A stretch of 64,000 bases of DNA from a bacterium (GCA_037137535.1 JBAXKC010000001.1:96001-160000); one strand, 5' to 3'; counted from the stretch's first letter, positions 19,636-30,194 are shown. Numbers and translations are program-made. Notes: a model not told the origin generated them from the sequence alone.

Positions 19636-20607
19636 TTAATAATGCCTATTTTGTTCCCAATCCCATGCAGTCTTAACAATTTTTTCAATGCAATCATATT
19701 TTGGAGTCCAGCCAAGTTCTTTTATTGCTTTGTCATTTTTTGCAACTAACTCGTGCGGATCACCAAAACGTCTTTCTGCCATTTCTGTTTTTATTGTTTT
19801 CTGAGTAATTTTCTCTACTACCTTTATAACTTGATTGACAGAATACCCGTTACCTATACCAAGATTTATAGAATCAGAATCAGAGCCTGCTATAAGTTTT
19901 TCTAATGCGAGCTTATGAGCAATCGCAATATCATTAACATGGATATAATCTCGAACACATGTGCCATCATGTGTATCATAATCATTTCCAAAAATTTTAA
20001 GACTATCTGCTTGCCCTGAAGCAACTTGAAGAATTAATGGAATAAGATGAGTTTCGGGATAATGACTTTCGCCGATTTTAGCTTCTTCATCTGCTCCTGA
20101 TGCATTAAAATATCTTAAAGCCATGTATTTTAGCCCATAAGCCTTATCATAATCCTTAAGTATATTTTCAATCATCAGCTTTGTTCGACCGTAAACGTTT
20201 ATAGGGTCTTGAGGATGATCTTCATCAATTGGCGAATATAAAGGGGTTCCATAAGTTGCACAGGTAGAGGAGAAAACAATTCTCTTAACTTTTGCCTCAA
20301 TCATTGCATCTAAAAGATTTAACGTGCTTACTACATTATTATTATAATATTTCTGAGGATTTGTTTCTGACTCTCCAACATAACAACTTGCCGCAAAATG
20401 AATCACGGAATCAATTTTATATCTTTTAAAGATTAATTTTGCCTCATGTGCTTTGGATAAATCCGCAAGATGAAACTTATTCCCCATTATTGATTGGATA
20501 TTGCCATTTGACAAGTTGTCCACAACCAGAACATTGTAGCCAGCCCTTCTTAATTCAAGAGCACAATGACTTCCAATATAGCCTGCACCGCCGGTAATTA
20601 AAATCAT
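19636..20607 (-). CDS. galE: UDP-glucose 4-epimerase
   Basis: GGAGYIGSH, FSSTCATYG, YGRTK, LRYFNASGA, DGTCVRDYIHV. Confidence 0.95.
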   Translation of the reverse strand: MILITGGAGYIGSHCALELRRAGYNVLVVDNLSNGNIQSIMGNKFHLADLSKAHEAKLIFKRYKIDSVIHFAASCYVGESETNPQKYYNNNVVSTLNLLDAMIEAKVKRIVFSSTCATYGTPLYSPIDEDHPQDPINVYGRTKLMIENILKDYDKAYGLKYMALRYFNASGADEEAKIGESHYPETHLIPLILQVASGQADSLKIFGNDYDTHDGTCVRDYIHVNDIAIAHKLALEKLIAGSDSDSINLGIGNGYSVNQVIKVVEKITQKTIKTEMAERRFGDPHELVAKNDKAIKELGWTPKYDCIEKIVKTAWDWEQNRHY

Positions 20608-20758
20608 TTACTATCTCCATCCCGTTTATTAACTTTTTATTATAAAATTAAATAGTGATACCTAACTTTAAAATACCTATATATGATTTTATAAATACTA
20701 AATTCTTCATATAGCAGATTGGCTATATCTGGCAAGGCAGTTGAAAGGGCTATTAATT

Positions 20759-22846
20759 ATGACTTTTAGAAATAATTACAAACATTTACTTGAAAAAACA
20801 GGCGGACTTTTAGAAGTTGAGACAAAAATACCGATAAATGACAGCTTTGCATTAAGCCTTGTTTATACTCCGGGAGTCGGAAAATGCTGTCTTGATATAG
20901 AAAAAGATATTAATAAATCTTTTGAACTTACAAATAGGGGTAATTCAGTTGCCGTTATTTTTATTGAAAGTGATAAAAATAAACACATCGAAGCAAACCT
21001 GCCAAGATTAGAGCTTAAAGTTTTATTATATAAAGACATAGCTAAAGTTGATGCCTATCCGCTATTAGTTAAAAATGACGATATAAATAAATTATTAACC
21101 ACCATTAAAAGTATCGAGCCTTCTTTTTCCTGCATTGAAATAATTGCGGATAAAGAAATTACTGATTTACTGGAAAAAGAATTAGATAAAACGAATAAAA
21201 TCCCTGTTTTATACAGTTATCAGTCAGAAGAAATCGCTAAAACAGTAAAAGAATGTTCAGGCTTTGAAAATAATGATCAAGAAATAATAAATGCAGCTCT
21301 AATAAAAGCATTAATAAACTTAAAACCTCAAAATTATAAATATACTGACAACAATCAAATTAAAGAGTATTGTCAAAACGTTTTAAACGGGGAAATAAAA
21401 CCGAATAATCTCCTTTTAAGCCATTCATTAAAACTCTTCAGTGCCTTTTACGAATACTTTTTACATAAAATCACAGAAAACTTCAAATCAGAACCTACTC
21501 AAAAAATCAATAAATTAACAGCAGAATATGAAGATAGCTTATTTTTAAAACCAAATGCTTTATTTAAACAAACCAATAAAAATTACAAAATAGAAAAACA
21601 CTCTATCGAGGAAAACTCAATAGAATTGCATAAAAGAGCAAAAGGAGTAATAACCGTAGCTCCTAAAGTAGATTTAAACATGTCCGAAAACTATAAAACA
21701 CTTCTAAGTGCCGACTTCACAGAAAATATTGCCTCAGAAATAAATACTTTTCCTGAAAAGGTTTATGACTACACTTCAAAAAACAATCTTGTATTAATTA
21801 TAAGTGACGGTTCAGCTGTTTTAGGCTTTGGAAATATAGGAGCAGAAGCATCTATTCCCGTACTAGAGGGGAAATCAGCTTTATTAAAGAAACTGGGTGG
21901 AGTCAATGCTTTACCAATTGCATTAAACACTCAAAACCCGAATGAAATAGTCGATATAGTATGCAGTCTTTCACCGTCATTTGGAGGAATACACCTTGAA
22001 GACATTTCAGCTCCAAGATGTTTTGAAATAGAAAACAGAATAATGGAAAAACTTGACATGCCTGTATTCCATGACGACCAACATGGAACAGCGATAATTG
22101 TTTTAGCAGGTGTTATAAATGCTCTAAAAGTAGCGGGTAAAGACATCAAAGACATTAAAATCGTAATGACTGGAGCAGGAGCAGCCGCTCTTTCAGTGGC
22201 AGAACTGCTTATCCATAACGGTGCAAGAAATATAACCTTAAACGACATCTACGGACCAGTCTACAAAGGCAGAGCAAAAGGAATGAATCCTTATCTTGAT
22301 GCAATAGCCGAAAAGACAAATCCTGATAATTTAAAAGGTTCGTTAAAAGAAGTCATAAGAGGTGCTGACTTATTTATAGGCCTATCCGCAGCAAATATCC
22401 TCACAGCGGAAATGGTTAAATCAATGAATAATCGCTCTTGCGTATTTGCGCTTGCAAATCCGACACCTGAAATAATGCCTGAAATTGCAAAAGAAGCAGG
22501 GGCTTATATTGTCGCAACAGGAAGATCAGATTTCCATAACCAGATAAACAACTCTCTTGCTTTCCCGGGTGTCTTTAGAGGTGCGTTAGATGTTCGTGCA
22601 AAATGTATAAACAAAGAAATGAAATCAAACGCAGCAAAAGCTATTGCAAGTTTAATTCCAGATGAAAAATTAAGACCTGATTTAATAATTCCAAATGCTT
22701 TAGATTTAAGAGTTGCTCCCGCCGTTGCTAAAGCAATTGCAGAATCAGCAATAAAAACTAAAGTAGCATCCGTAATTAAAGAGCCTGATGATATTTATGA
22801 GAAACTTAAAAACTATTATTTTGAAGGTTCTTTAAGAAAAATTTAA
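20759..22846 (+). CDS. NAD(P)-dependent malic enzyme with an extra degenerate N-terminal malic domain
   Basis: C-terminal part has DGSAVLGFGNIG, LEGK, LEDISAP, DDQHGTA, GAGAA, ALANPTPE and NNSLAFPG. N-terminal part has LSLVYTPGVG...TNRGNSVAV. Likely start is ATG 20759. Confidence 0.9.
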   Translation: MTFRNNYKHLLEKTGGLLEVETKIPINDSFALSLVYTPGVGKCCLDIEKDINKSFELTNRGNSVAVIFIESDKNKHIEANLPRLELKVLLYKDIAKVDAYPLLVKNDDINKLLTTIKSIEPSFSCIEIIADKEITDLLEKELDKTNKIPVLYSYQSEEIAKTVKECSGFENNDQEIINAALIKALINLKPQNYKYTDNNQIKEYCQNVLNGEIKPNNLLLSHSLKLFSAFYEYFLHKITENFKSEPTQKINKLTAEYEDSLFLKPNALFKQTNKNYKIEKHSIEENSIELHKRAKGVITVAPKVDLNMSENYKTLLSADFTENIASEINTFPEKVYDYTSKNNLVLIISDGSAVLGFGNIGAEASIPVLEGKSALLKKLGGVNALPIALNTQNPNEIVDIVCSLSPSFGGIHLEDISAPRCFEIENRIMEKLDMPVFHDDQHGTAIIVLAGVINALKVAGKDIKDIKIVMTGAGAAALSVAELLIHNGARNITLNDIYGPVYKGRAKGMNPYLDAIAEKTNPDNLKGSLKEVIRGADLFIGLSAANILTAEMVKSMNNRSCVFALANPTPEIMPEIAKEAGAYIVATGRSDFHNQINNSLAFPGVFRGALDVRAKCINKEMKSNAAKAIASLIPDEKLRPDLIIPNALDLRVAPAVAKAIAESAIKTKVASVIKEPDDIYEKLKNYYFEGSLRKI

Positions 22847-23036
22847 ATATTTTTATAATCAATAAACCACACCTAATTTGTATTGATTATAAATTAACTT
22901 GACATTAAAGCTTTCTTGTTTAAATATAAGTAAGAATTACTTTTTTGTAACTTTTAGTAAAAATTATCTACACTTATAGTTGTAGATGATATAATCTAAC
23001 CATTCAACTATTAAAATTGTTTACCGGGAGAACATA

Positions 23037-24185
23037 ATGACTAATTCCACAGTAGAAAGACCCTCAGAGATTATTGAAACAGCTTGTCCTTTAAGTATTG
23101 AAGCAAATGATAATAATAAATCCAGAAATGATTTTGGAATGTCCAGAATTCATTACTTCAATCACCTTATGGGTGGTTTGAAATCAGTTTTACACAGCAG
23201 ATTTTTAGCAAAAACCCCAAGACCTTTTACTTTTTCACACATGGTAACAAGCAAATGCAATTGTAATTGTGATTTCTGCTTCTGGAAGCATCACAAAGAT
23301 AATGAAGACTTATCACTTGAAGAAATTAAAAGAATTTATTCCGAAGCAAAAGCTGAAGGATACATGAACAGCATCTTATGGGGAGGAGAGCCACTTATAA
23401 GACAAGATCTTACCGAAATTGCAAAAGCGTCTTTAGACAATGGAATGTACACTAAAGTTGCGACAAACGGTTGGTTCCTGGAAGAAAACCATGAATTTGC
23501 AAGATATACAGATTTAATCTTTATTTCCCTTGATGATATCGGCGAAAAACACGATGCATTAAGAGGAAATATGAAAGGTCTATTTGATAGAGTTGTTAGC
23601 GGTATCAACTTTATGAAAATGAACTATCCTAAAATGAGAATTTATGTATGTTGCACAGTTTCTAAAGCAAATACACTTGAATCAATCAAAGAAGTTGCAA
23701 AATTATGTAAAGACCTTGATATTTTACTTTACTTCACAGTAAATAAAAGCAATCAGGACTTTAATGAATGGGAAGGCAAAGACGGACTTAAAGAACTTGA
23801 ATATGAATCAGATAAACTTGCTGATATTTTCAGAGGAATTAAAAGTCTTAAAAAACAAGGTTTCCCAATTAGAAACTCTGATTACTTCATGGATTACATT
23901 ATTGATAAGAAAAACTACTATGAGTGCCATTGGCCACAAGTAGCTACAGTTATGTATTCAAACGGTGATATTCTTAAATGTTATGACAGAAAACCAATCG
24001 AAGGCATTAATTTAAGAAAGATGTCACTTAAAGAAGCATTATCCTCACAACAGTTTATTGAAACAGCTAATGCTTGCAAAGACTGCAAACTTGCTTGCGT
24101 AGGAAATTATGCTCTTGATGCTTCAGGCTTATGGAAATTTGACTGGAAAGCTATTAGTTCAATCGCTAAGATTGCTATTACCTAA
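23037..24185 (+). CDS. Radical SAM protein with SPASM/twitch-like C-terminus
   Basis: CNCNCDFC, WGGEPL, ATNG; C-terminal Cys cluster. Confidence 0.9.
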   Translation: MTNSTVERPSEIIETACPLSIEANDNNKSRNDFGMSRIHYFNHLMGGLKSVLHSRFLAKTPRPFTFSHMVTSKCNCNCDFCFWKHHKDNEDLSLEEIKRIYSEAKAEGYMNSILWGGEPLIRQDLTEIAKASLDNGMYTKVATNGWFLEENHEFARYTDLIFISLDDIGEKHDALRGNMKGLFDRVVSGINFMKMNYPKMRIYVCCTVSKANTLESIKEVAKLCKDLDILLYFTVNKSNQDFNEWEGKDGLKELEYESDKLADIFRGIKSLKKQGFPIRNSDYFMDYIIDKKNYYECHWPQVATVMYSNGDILKCYDRKPIEGINLRKMSLKEALSSQQFIETANACKDCKLACVGNYALDASGLWKFDWKAISSIAKIAIT

Positions 24186-24198
24186 TTAAACTACTTAT

Positions 24199-24231
24199 AA
24201 AAACTCCTTGAATGTCTTCAAGGAGTTTTTT
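24199..24231 (+). terminator. Intrinsic terminator
   Basis: AAAAACTCCTTGAA / TTCAAGGAGTTTTT. Confidence 0.8.
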
Positions 24232-24301
24232 AGTTATAGAGAATAAAATAAAATGAGCTTAATTTAATAAGCTCATTTTTATATTTATACTGAGTTTAAT
24301 T

Positions 24302-25045
24302 TTATCTTCCAACAGTAATAGGCTGTTCAAGTACAATATTTAACTTTGTTCCGCTTGGTAAGCTTACATCTTTGCCTTTTCTGGCAAATATATAAACTAA
24401 TGAACCAATACCACCCATTGTTAATCCAAATACAGCACCGCCACTAGCACTACCCATTAAACTACCTGTGGTTAAACCTGCTAATGTTCCGCCACCCGTT
24501 CCAATAACCGCAGAACCTGCTGCTGTTGCAAGTTGGCGCTTAACTGATCCACCTTTTAATCTCCCAGATGCGTTTTTGTCTGTTGTCTGTAATTTAGCGT
24601 AAATAGGCATTTTTTGACCATTTGGTAGAATTACTGAAGTAAACCTTACATCCATAACGCCATATTTACCAATTCTTCCGGCAGGATCAACATATGTAAT
24701 TTGTCCCACAAGCTGGCTGTTTTCAGGAATAACTGTATTGCCATTCAACATTACAGGTGCATTTGTATAAGCTGTAAACACCTCACCCATTTGGCTTGTA
24801 GCCGAATTCAAACTTGAAGTCATAACTACTGGAAAAAATGTTCCTGAAGGCACTGCTGATACTGATCCTTGTAATGTAGTTGCAGGAGCAGTATATTGTG
24901 GTGCAGTATTAACTGAGTTATTAAATGAAGAAACCGGAGGAAGCACTTTATACTCATCAGCAAAGGCCTGAGCAATAAAGGCAGTATTAGATGAAATTAT
25001 TGTTGATAAAAGAAATGTCGCTGTAATTTTTTTAAAATTTCTCAA
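24302..25045 (-). CDS. Exported hypothetical protein with beta-rich TrbI/VirB10-like domain and Gly-zipper helices
   Basis: Signal peptide (AQAFA), VPSGT...IPENSQLVG, GKDVSLPSGT. Confidence 0.6.
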   Translation of the reverse strand: MRNFKKITATFLLSTIISSNTAFIAQAFADEYKVLPPVSSFNNSVNTAPQYTAPATTLQGSVSAVPSGTFFPVVMTSSLNSATSQMGEVFTAYTNAPVMLNGNTVIPENSQLVGQITYVDPAGRIGKYGVMDVRFTSVILPNGQKMPIYAKLQTTDKNASGRLKGGSVKRQLATAAGSAVIGTGGGTLAGLTTGSLMGSASGGAVFGLTMGGIGSLVYIFARKGKDVSLPSGTKLNIVLEQPITVGR

Positions 25046-25283
25046 GGTGTTCCCCTTTCGTTTATGCTTTTAAGTCTAGTAATTTATTTATAAATATTCT
25101 TTCTTATTTTGAAGAAATTGTAAATCAAGCAAAAAATTGATATTAAATAAAAGCAATTAATTTTTTCTTTATTTTTATATAATTATAATATTTAGCATAA
25201 AGAACAATATGGAATGAAACACTGTAGTTTTAACTCTTCCATTCAATCCTACTAATTCAAAATATTATATTAAATGGTGAAAA

Positions 25284-26063
25284 ATGAATAATATTAAACC
25301 TTATATTTCTTTTACTTCAAATATAAAGTTTTGTACTTTATACGACTATATTGATGCACCAATTACTCGATCAAAGCAATATGTATCACCTGTGGGCAAA
25401 ATCGAGCATACAGTAATTGGAAAAGAAGCATATACCGATTCAATAGAAATCTGTACGGCAGGTGGAGTTACAAATACTGAAAACTCAAAAATGATGATGT
25501 TTCACCTTTGCCCCACCGACAAAAACCTTTCTAAAATAGAGGAAATAAAACAATATCTAAGTGAAAAAATAAAAGAAGTATCTCCCGACTGTAAAAATGG
25601 AATTATTGTCGGGGGACGAACTTCTTCAGAAATAAAACAAACGACTGAAGAACCTCAAAAAACAATGCCTAAACCTTCGTTATTCAGAAAAATCATCAGC
25701 ATAGTTTTTGCTGACTTAGAAGAGGCTAATAATAACCATATTGAAATAAAAGAAAAACCTTTACCTACTAAAACAAGCAGTGAAGCATCTAAAGAATTAT
25801 TTGAACATTTAAAAAGTTTTTTTACTAAAGATAAAAAAATTGATATATCTGTATTTTGGGGGCAAAAACAGGGCTATTCGGACATGTATTATAATGTAGA
25901 AGATGATACATGGAAAATATTCAAACCTAATAACAGCGGACAAAATGCCATTAAGTCAGTAGAAGATTTAAAACGTGAATATCAAGAAATTCATCTTGCT
26001 GAAAGTGACAAATTATATATTGAAAATAAAGAAATAAGCAGAGAAGATTTAAAATCGGATTAA
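25284..26063 (+). CDS. Hypothetical protein, possible CheD/CNF1-like Cys-His deamidase fold
   Basis: YTDSIEICTAGG...MMFHLCP (His 17 residues after Cys) and IIVGG. Confidence 0.55.
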   Translation: MNNIKPYISFTSNIKFCTLYDYIDAPITRSKQYVSPVGKIEHTVIGKEAYTDSIEICTAGGVTNTENSKMMMFHLCPTDKNLSKIEEIKQYLSEKIKEVSPDCKNGIIVGGRTSSEIKQTTEEPQKTMPKPSLFRKIISIVFADLEEANNNHIEIKEKPLPTKTSSEASKELFEHLKSFFTKDKKIDISVFWGQKQGYSDMYYNVEDDTWKIFKPNNSGQNAIKSVEDLKREYQEIHLAESDKLYIENKEISREDLKSD

Positions 26064-26184
26064 TACAAGACTGTTTCTTTAGCTGAAAAAATTTAGTATA
26101 ATAAGTTTATTCTAAGTATTAAAATTTATCTTTTTGCAAATTTAAAAAAATAAATAAAATTAGTCTTTTATCAGGAAGATTAAA

Positions 26185-28323
26185 GTGAAAAAACACAAGT
26201 TAAAAGTGAATATAAGCACGAGATTATTGGCATATTTCCTTTTTGTGTCAATATTACCTATTTTTTTCCTTGCGATAACTTCGGCTATATTAATTGATTC
26301 AAGTTTAAATGAAAAATTAACCAGAGATTTAAATGCAAAAAGTGAATATTTTTTAAAAAGATATAATCAAAGTCTTATTGATATACCTGTAAATAAGTTA
26401 AAAACACTTTTCAGCGACAATAAAACAAGAAATAAATTTGATTTCGTTGTTATTTTAGATAAAAATAACCATTTATTATATAAATATATTAAAAACCAAG
26501 AAAATATACGAAGAAATATAAAAACACTTAAAATAAAACAAAATACTAATCTTGCTGATTTAGAATTAAAATCACAAAAAAACAAATTTTCTTCGGCGAT
26601 ACTCAATAACTACGACATAAATAGTTTACAGCTAATAAAAAACACAAATTTAAACAAAAATAGTTATTTATTTATCAATTATTCAGTTAAAAAGTTCAAG
26701 ATTAATAATAAAGAGCGCTATTTAATTTTAGGAAAATTACCCGAAAATGATTTACTTAATAACGAATCTTCAGAAAAAGAAATTATAGGATTAATTGAAA
26801 AGAATGGGGAAATTTTATACTCTAATCTCCCCATTAACGATTTTAGCCAAAATATATCTCATTTTTTTGAAGTTTCAAATATAAAAATAAATAATAATAC
26901 TTATGCCTCAATTGCTATACCGTTATTAGATTATAACGACACTGCAATTGCAAAGCTGATTATTGCAACACCCAGCTTTAATTTTGATGAAATAAAACAG
27001 AAAAACAGAATATTAATACTAAAAATAGCGTTATTAATGACTCTTGGAGGTGTAAGCCTTGCTTATATCCTTGCAAGAAGCATTACTGCACCTATTACAA
27101 AAATATCAAATGCTGTTTATGATTTAGAAAGCGGAAATTATTCCTCAAGGGTAAATATTCGCACAAATGATGAGCTTGGATTACTCGCAAGCTCATTTAA
27201 CGGAATGGCAGAGGTTTTAGAGGAAAGAACAGAAAAAATCATGGCCTTCAATGAGCTTCTGATTAATCAAAATAACAAAATAGAAGCGATTCTAAACAGT
27301 TCCGCAGACGGTATTTTAACAATAAATTCAAACGGGAAAATCAACGCCACAAATGCTAAAATAATAGAATGGTCAGGATTGGACGAAACAGAATTAATTA
27401 ATAAAATCTTTTATGAAGTAATAAATTACAATGATTCAAGAAATTATCCTGTTGAATATGCCTCACAAGTAAAAGACTTTAAAAACTTTGTAACCCCATT
27501 CCCTAATGCATGCCTGCATAACGTAAATACAGGGAAAATTATTAATTTAGACATAACTTATTCAGAAATAAAAAGCGAAAATACCCACTTTGAGAAAAAC
27601 TACGTTCTTGTTTTAAGAGATATCACCAAAAAGAAAGAATTTGAAACACTCAAAGAAGATTTTGTGGCAACACTTACGCATGATCTAAGAGTACCTGTGC
27701 TTGCTAATGTTCAGACTTTTGAGCATTTAATGAAAGGCTGTTATGGAGAACTTTCAGAAAAACAAAACTTCATTTTTGAACAATTGACTTCAAGTAACAA
27801 AGATTTATTAAAAATGGTTAATGTTATTTTAGACAGCTATAAATATGAAGCAGGAAAATATTCCCTCTTAAAAAGAAATTTCAATCTTAATAAGTTAATT
27901 AAGGAATGTACAAACGAAATTTCCGCCCTTGCCAGAGAAAAAAAACATACTTTAATTTTTAATAACGAACTGATAGAGCTTTCAGTAAATGCTGATAAGC
28001 ACGAAATTAAACGTGTTATATTAAATCTTCTTAGTAATGCGATTAACTACACCCCACATGAGGGAACGATAAAAATAACAGCAGAAAAAAACAGCCACAA
28101 TATTATTGTAAGCATCGAAGATAATGGAATAGGAATAAACCAGAGCTCTTTAGAAAATCTGTTTGAAAGATACTCAAAAGGAGGGAAAACCCTTAGAAAA
28201 GTAGGAACAGGACTTGGTTTATATTTATCAAAACAGATAATAGATGCTCATAAAGGTAAAATATGGGTAGAAAGCACTAAAGACTTAGGCAGTACCTTTC
28301 ATTTCAGCATACCTCTTGATTAA
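26185..28323 (+). CDS. Membrane sensor histidine kinase (HAMP-PAS-HisKA-HATPase)
   Basis: 2 TM helices, HAMP DELGLLASSFNGM, PAS, THDLRVP, NLLSNAI, GTGLGL. Confidence 0.93.
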   Translation: MKKHKLKVNISTRLLAYFLFVSILPIFFLAITSAILIDSSLNEKLTRDLNAKSEYFLKRYNQSLIDIPVNKLKTLFSDNKTRNKFDFVVILDKNNHLLYKYIKNQENIRRNIKTLKIKQNTNLADLELKSQKNKFSSAILNNYDINSLQLIKNTNLNKNSYLFINYSVKKFKINNKERYLILGKLPENDLLNNESSEKEIIGLIEKNGEILYSNLPINDFSQNISHFFEVSNIKINNNTYASIAIPLLDYNDTAIAKLIIATPSFNFDEIKQKNRILILKIALLMTLGGVSLAYILARSITAPITKISNAVYDLESGNYSSRVNIRTNDELGLLASSFNGMAEVLEERTEKIMAFNELLINQNNKIEAILNSSADGILTINSNGKINATNAKIIEWSGLDETELINKIFYEVINYNDSRNYPVEYASQVKDFKNFVTPFPNACLHNVNTGKIINLDITYSEIKSENTHFEKNYVLVLRDITKKKEFETLKEDFVATLTHDLRVPVLANVQTFEHLMKGCYGELSEKQNFIFEQLTSSNKDLLKMVNVILDSYKYEAGKYSLLKRNFNLNKLIKECTNEISALAREKKHTLIFNNELIELSVNADKHEIKRVILNLLSNAINYTPHEGTIKITAEKNSHNIIVSIEDNGIGINQSSLENLFERYSKGGKTLRKVGTGLGLYLSKQIIDAHKGKIWVESTKDLGSTFHFSIPLD

Positions 28324-28339
28324 AAAGGAAAAAATTAAT

Positions 28340-28999
28340 ATGGATAAAATAAAACTGATAATTGTAGAGGATCATGCCCTTACAAGAATAGGATTAAAAA
28401 CCACACTTGAACAAAGCCCCATCCTTAATGTAATAGACGAAGCAGAAAGCGGAGAAGAGGGAGTTAAAAAGACGTTAGAGCTTGAACCTGACGTTGTTAT
28501 TATGGATTTAGGGCTTCCTGGTATAAATGGAATTGAAGCAACAAAACAAATTAAAGAATATAACTCTGAAATAAAAGTAATTATTCTAACGTCCCATGAT
28601 AATGACAGGGAAGTCATTGCTGCTTTAAGCGCAGGAGCTAACGCATATTGCATGAAAGACATAAGCCCAAAGAAACTTATATCAATCGTAGAAGCTGTTG
28701 CAGACGGCGGAGCATGGCTTGACCCTGCTATTGCAAGGATAGTTTTAACAAAAGCGGTCAACTGCATTGAAGTTGAAGAGCCTATCGGTAAAGTAAAACA
28801 GCTTTCTCCCTTGACAGACAGAGAAATAGAAATACTTCAGCTACTTGCCGATGGACTTGGCAATATTGAAGTAGCTAAAGAACTTGCTTTAAGCCAATAC
28901 ACAGTAAAATCTCATATATGCAATATCCTTCAAAAATTATCAGTCGATGACAGAACACAAGCCGTTGCAAAGGCAATGCGAAGTGGTTGGATTAATTAA
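28340..28999 (+). CDS. NarL/LuxR-family response regulator
   Basis: IVEDH, VVIMDLGLP, LTDREIEILQLLADG HTH. The ATG at 28340 after AAGGA is more likely than the TTG at 28316. Confidence 0.92.
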   Translation: MDKIKLIIVEDHALTRIGLKTTLEQSPILNVIDEAESGEEGVKKTLELEPDVVIMDLGLPGINGIEATKQIKEYNSEIKVIILTSHDNDREVIAALSAGANAYCMKDISPKKLISIVEAVADGGAWLDPAIARIVLTKAVNCIEVEEPIGKVKQLSPLTDREIEILQLLADGLGNIEVAKELALSQYTVKSHICNILQKLSVDDRTQAVAKAMRSGWIN

Positions 29000-29008
29000 G
29001 CCGTTAAT
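28921..29008 (+). repeat. Direct repeat copy 1 (3' end of the response-regulator gene)
   Basis: 81/88 identical to 29461-29548. Confidence 0.92.
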
Positions 29009-29033
29009 AAATAGGAATTTATTCCTATTTATT
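29006..29033. terminator. Palindromic terminator-like hairpin
   Basis: AATAAATAGGAAT-tt-ATTCCTATTTATT. Confidence 0.6.
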
Positions 29034-29059
29034 GACATTAATACACTATACTTTATAAT
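29032..29059 (+). promoter_or_regulatory. Consensus sigma70 promoter for the 29087 gene
   Basis: TTGACA-N16-TATAAT. Confidence 0.75.
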
Positions 29060-29086
29060 TTTAAATAATATAATTTTGAAAGAAAA

Positions 29087-29452
29087 ATGGGATTTATTTT
29101 AATAATCATAATAATTAGTATATTAGTGCTAGCAACTATTAGTTTAATTTTAAGTCTGTTATATGTGAAATTTTTTGGTAAAAATAAAAAAGCATTATAC
29201 AAAACTATCTTAATTTTATACATTCTATTATTATGTCAAGGATTATTACCATTCTCGTGGGTAATTGGAGATTCATGGTATCAAGATTTAGAGAAAATGT
29301 CTAATCCCGACTCTATATTAAGCAATACTTTTATTATATCTTTAATCATTCCAATTTGTTTATTCCCAATTGATAAAACTATTTCATTTTTTCGTAAAAA
29401 TAGGACCTTAACAATTAAAATCAAGAATTTTATAAAATCATTGTATTCGTAG
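29087..29452 (+). CDS. Hypothetical membrane protein (3 TM), very AT-rich cassette gene
   Basis: Hydrophobic ORF with its own promoter, between repeat copies 1 and 2. Confidence 0.6.
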   Translation: MGFILIIIIISILVLATISLILSLLYVKFFGKNKKALYKTILILYILLLCQGLLPFSWVIGDSWYQDLEKMSNPDSILSNTFIISLIIPICLFPIDKTISFFRKNRTLTIKIKNFIKSLYS

Positions 29453-29460
29453 AGCCAATA

Positions 29461-29548
29461 CAATATTCTTCAAAAATTATCGGTCGATAACAGAACACAA
29501 GCCGTTGTTAAGGCAATGCGGAGCGGTTGGATTAATTAAGCCGTTAAT
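29461..29548 (+). repeat. Direct repeat copy 2 (displaced response-regulator 3' end)
   Basis: Encodes NILQKLSVDNRTQAVVKAMRSGWIN*. Confidence 0.92.
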
Positions 29549-29598
29549 TTATGATTTAGTTGGGCGAATTCGCCTTGAAATAATTTACTAAGAAAAAA

Positions 29599-29901
29599 TT
29601 AAGCTATTTTTTTTATCTGATCTATTTCGTTTTTTTGTTTACTGTAAGTTTTATATAAATCATAGTTGCTTTGTAAATTCATCCAAAATTCTGGAGTTGT
29701 ACCCAAAAGATTAGCAAGTTTTAAAGCCATTATAGGAGTAATACCCCTTTTTTCATTATAAATATCACTTATAGTTTTAATCCCGACTTTTAAAAGTTCA
29801 GACAATTTTGCTTGAGTAATATTTAAAGGAACAGCGAACTCTTCTTTTAGAATTATTCCGGGATGAGTATAAGGTCTTAATTCCATTTTCAGATACTCCA
29901 T
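29599..29901 (-). CDS. higA: HigA-family antitoxin (Xre HTH)
   Basis: THPGIILKEEF, ITPIMALKLA, TPEFWMNLQSNYDL. Confidence 0.92.
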   Translation of the reverse strand: MEYLKMELRPYTHPGIILKEEFAVPLNITQAKLSELLKVGIKTISDIYNEKRGITPIMALKLANLLGTTPEFWMNLQSNYDLYKTYSKQKNEIDQIKKIA

Positions 29902-30185
29902 TATTTATGGTAATCAACAATACAAACTTCTTCCGCATTTCCGTTGATAAATTTAAAAACAATTCTGTATTGGTTATTTATTCTAATACTACAATAATTT
30001 TTCAATTCCCCTTTTAGGTGCTCAAACCTATTCGCTGGAGGAACCAATAAATCCTGTTCTTTAAAAGCAGAATGCAGCATATCAAGTTTTCTTTTGCCAA
30101 TTTTACTTATTTCTACAGGAAATTTTTTTGAAATGCCACCGTCAAAAATAAAACTTGTTTCTTTGCATTTAAAACTTATTATCAT
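29901..30185 (-). CDS. higB: HigB-family (RelE superfamily) toxin
   Basis: MIISFKCKET, PPANRFEHLKG, SIRINNQYRIVF, VDYH; toxin-first gene order. Confidence 0.92.
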   Translation of the reverse strand: MIISFKCKETSFIFDGGISKKFPVEISKIGKRKLDMLHSAFKEQDLLVPPANRFEHLKGELKNYCSIRINNQYRIVFKFINGNAEEVCIVDYHK

Positions 30186-30194
30186 ATAGCTATA

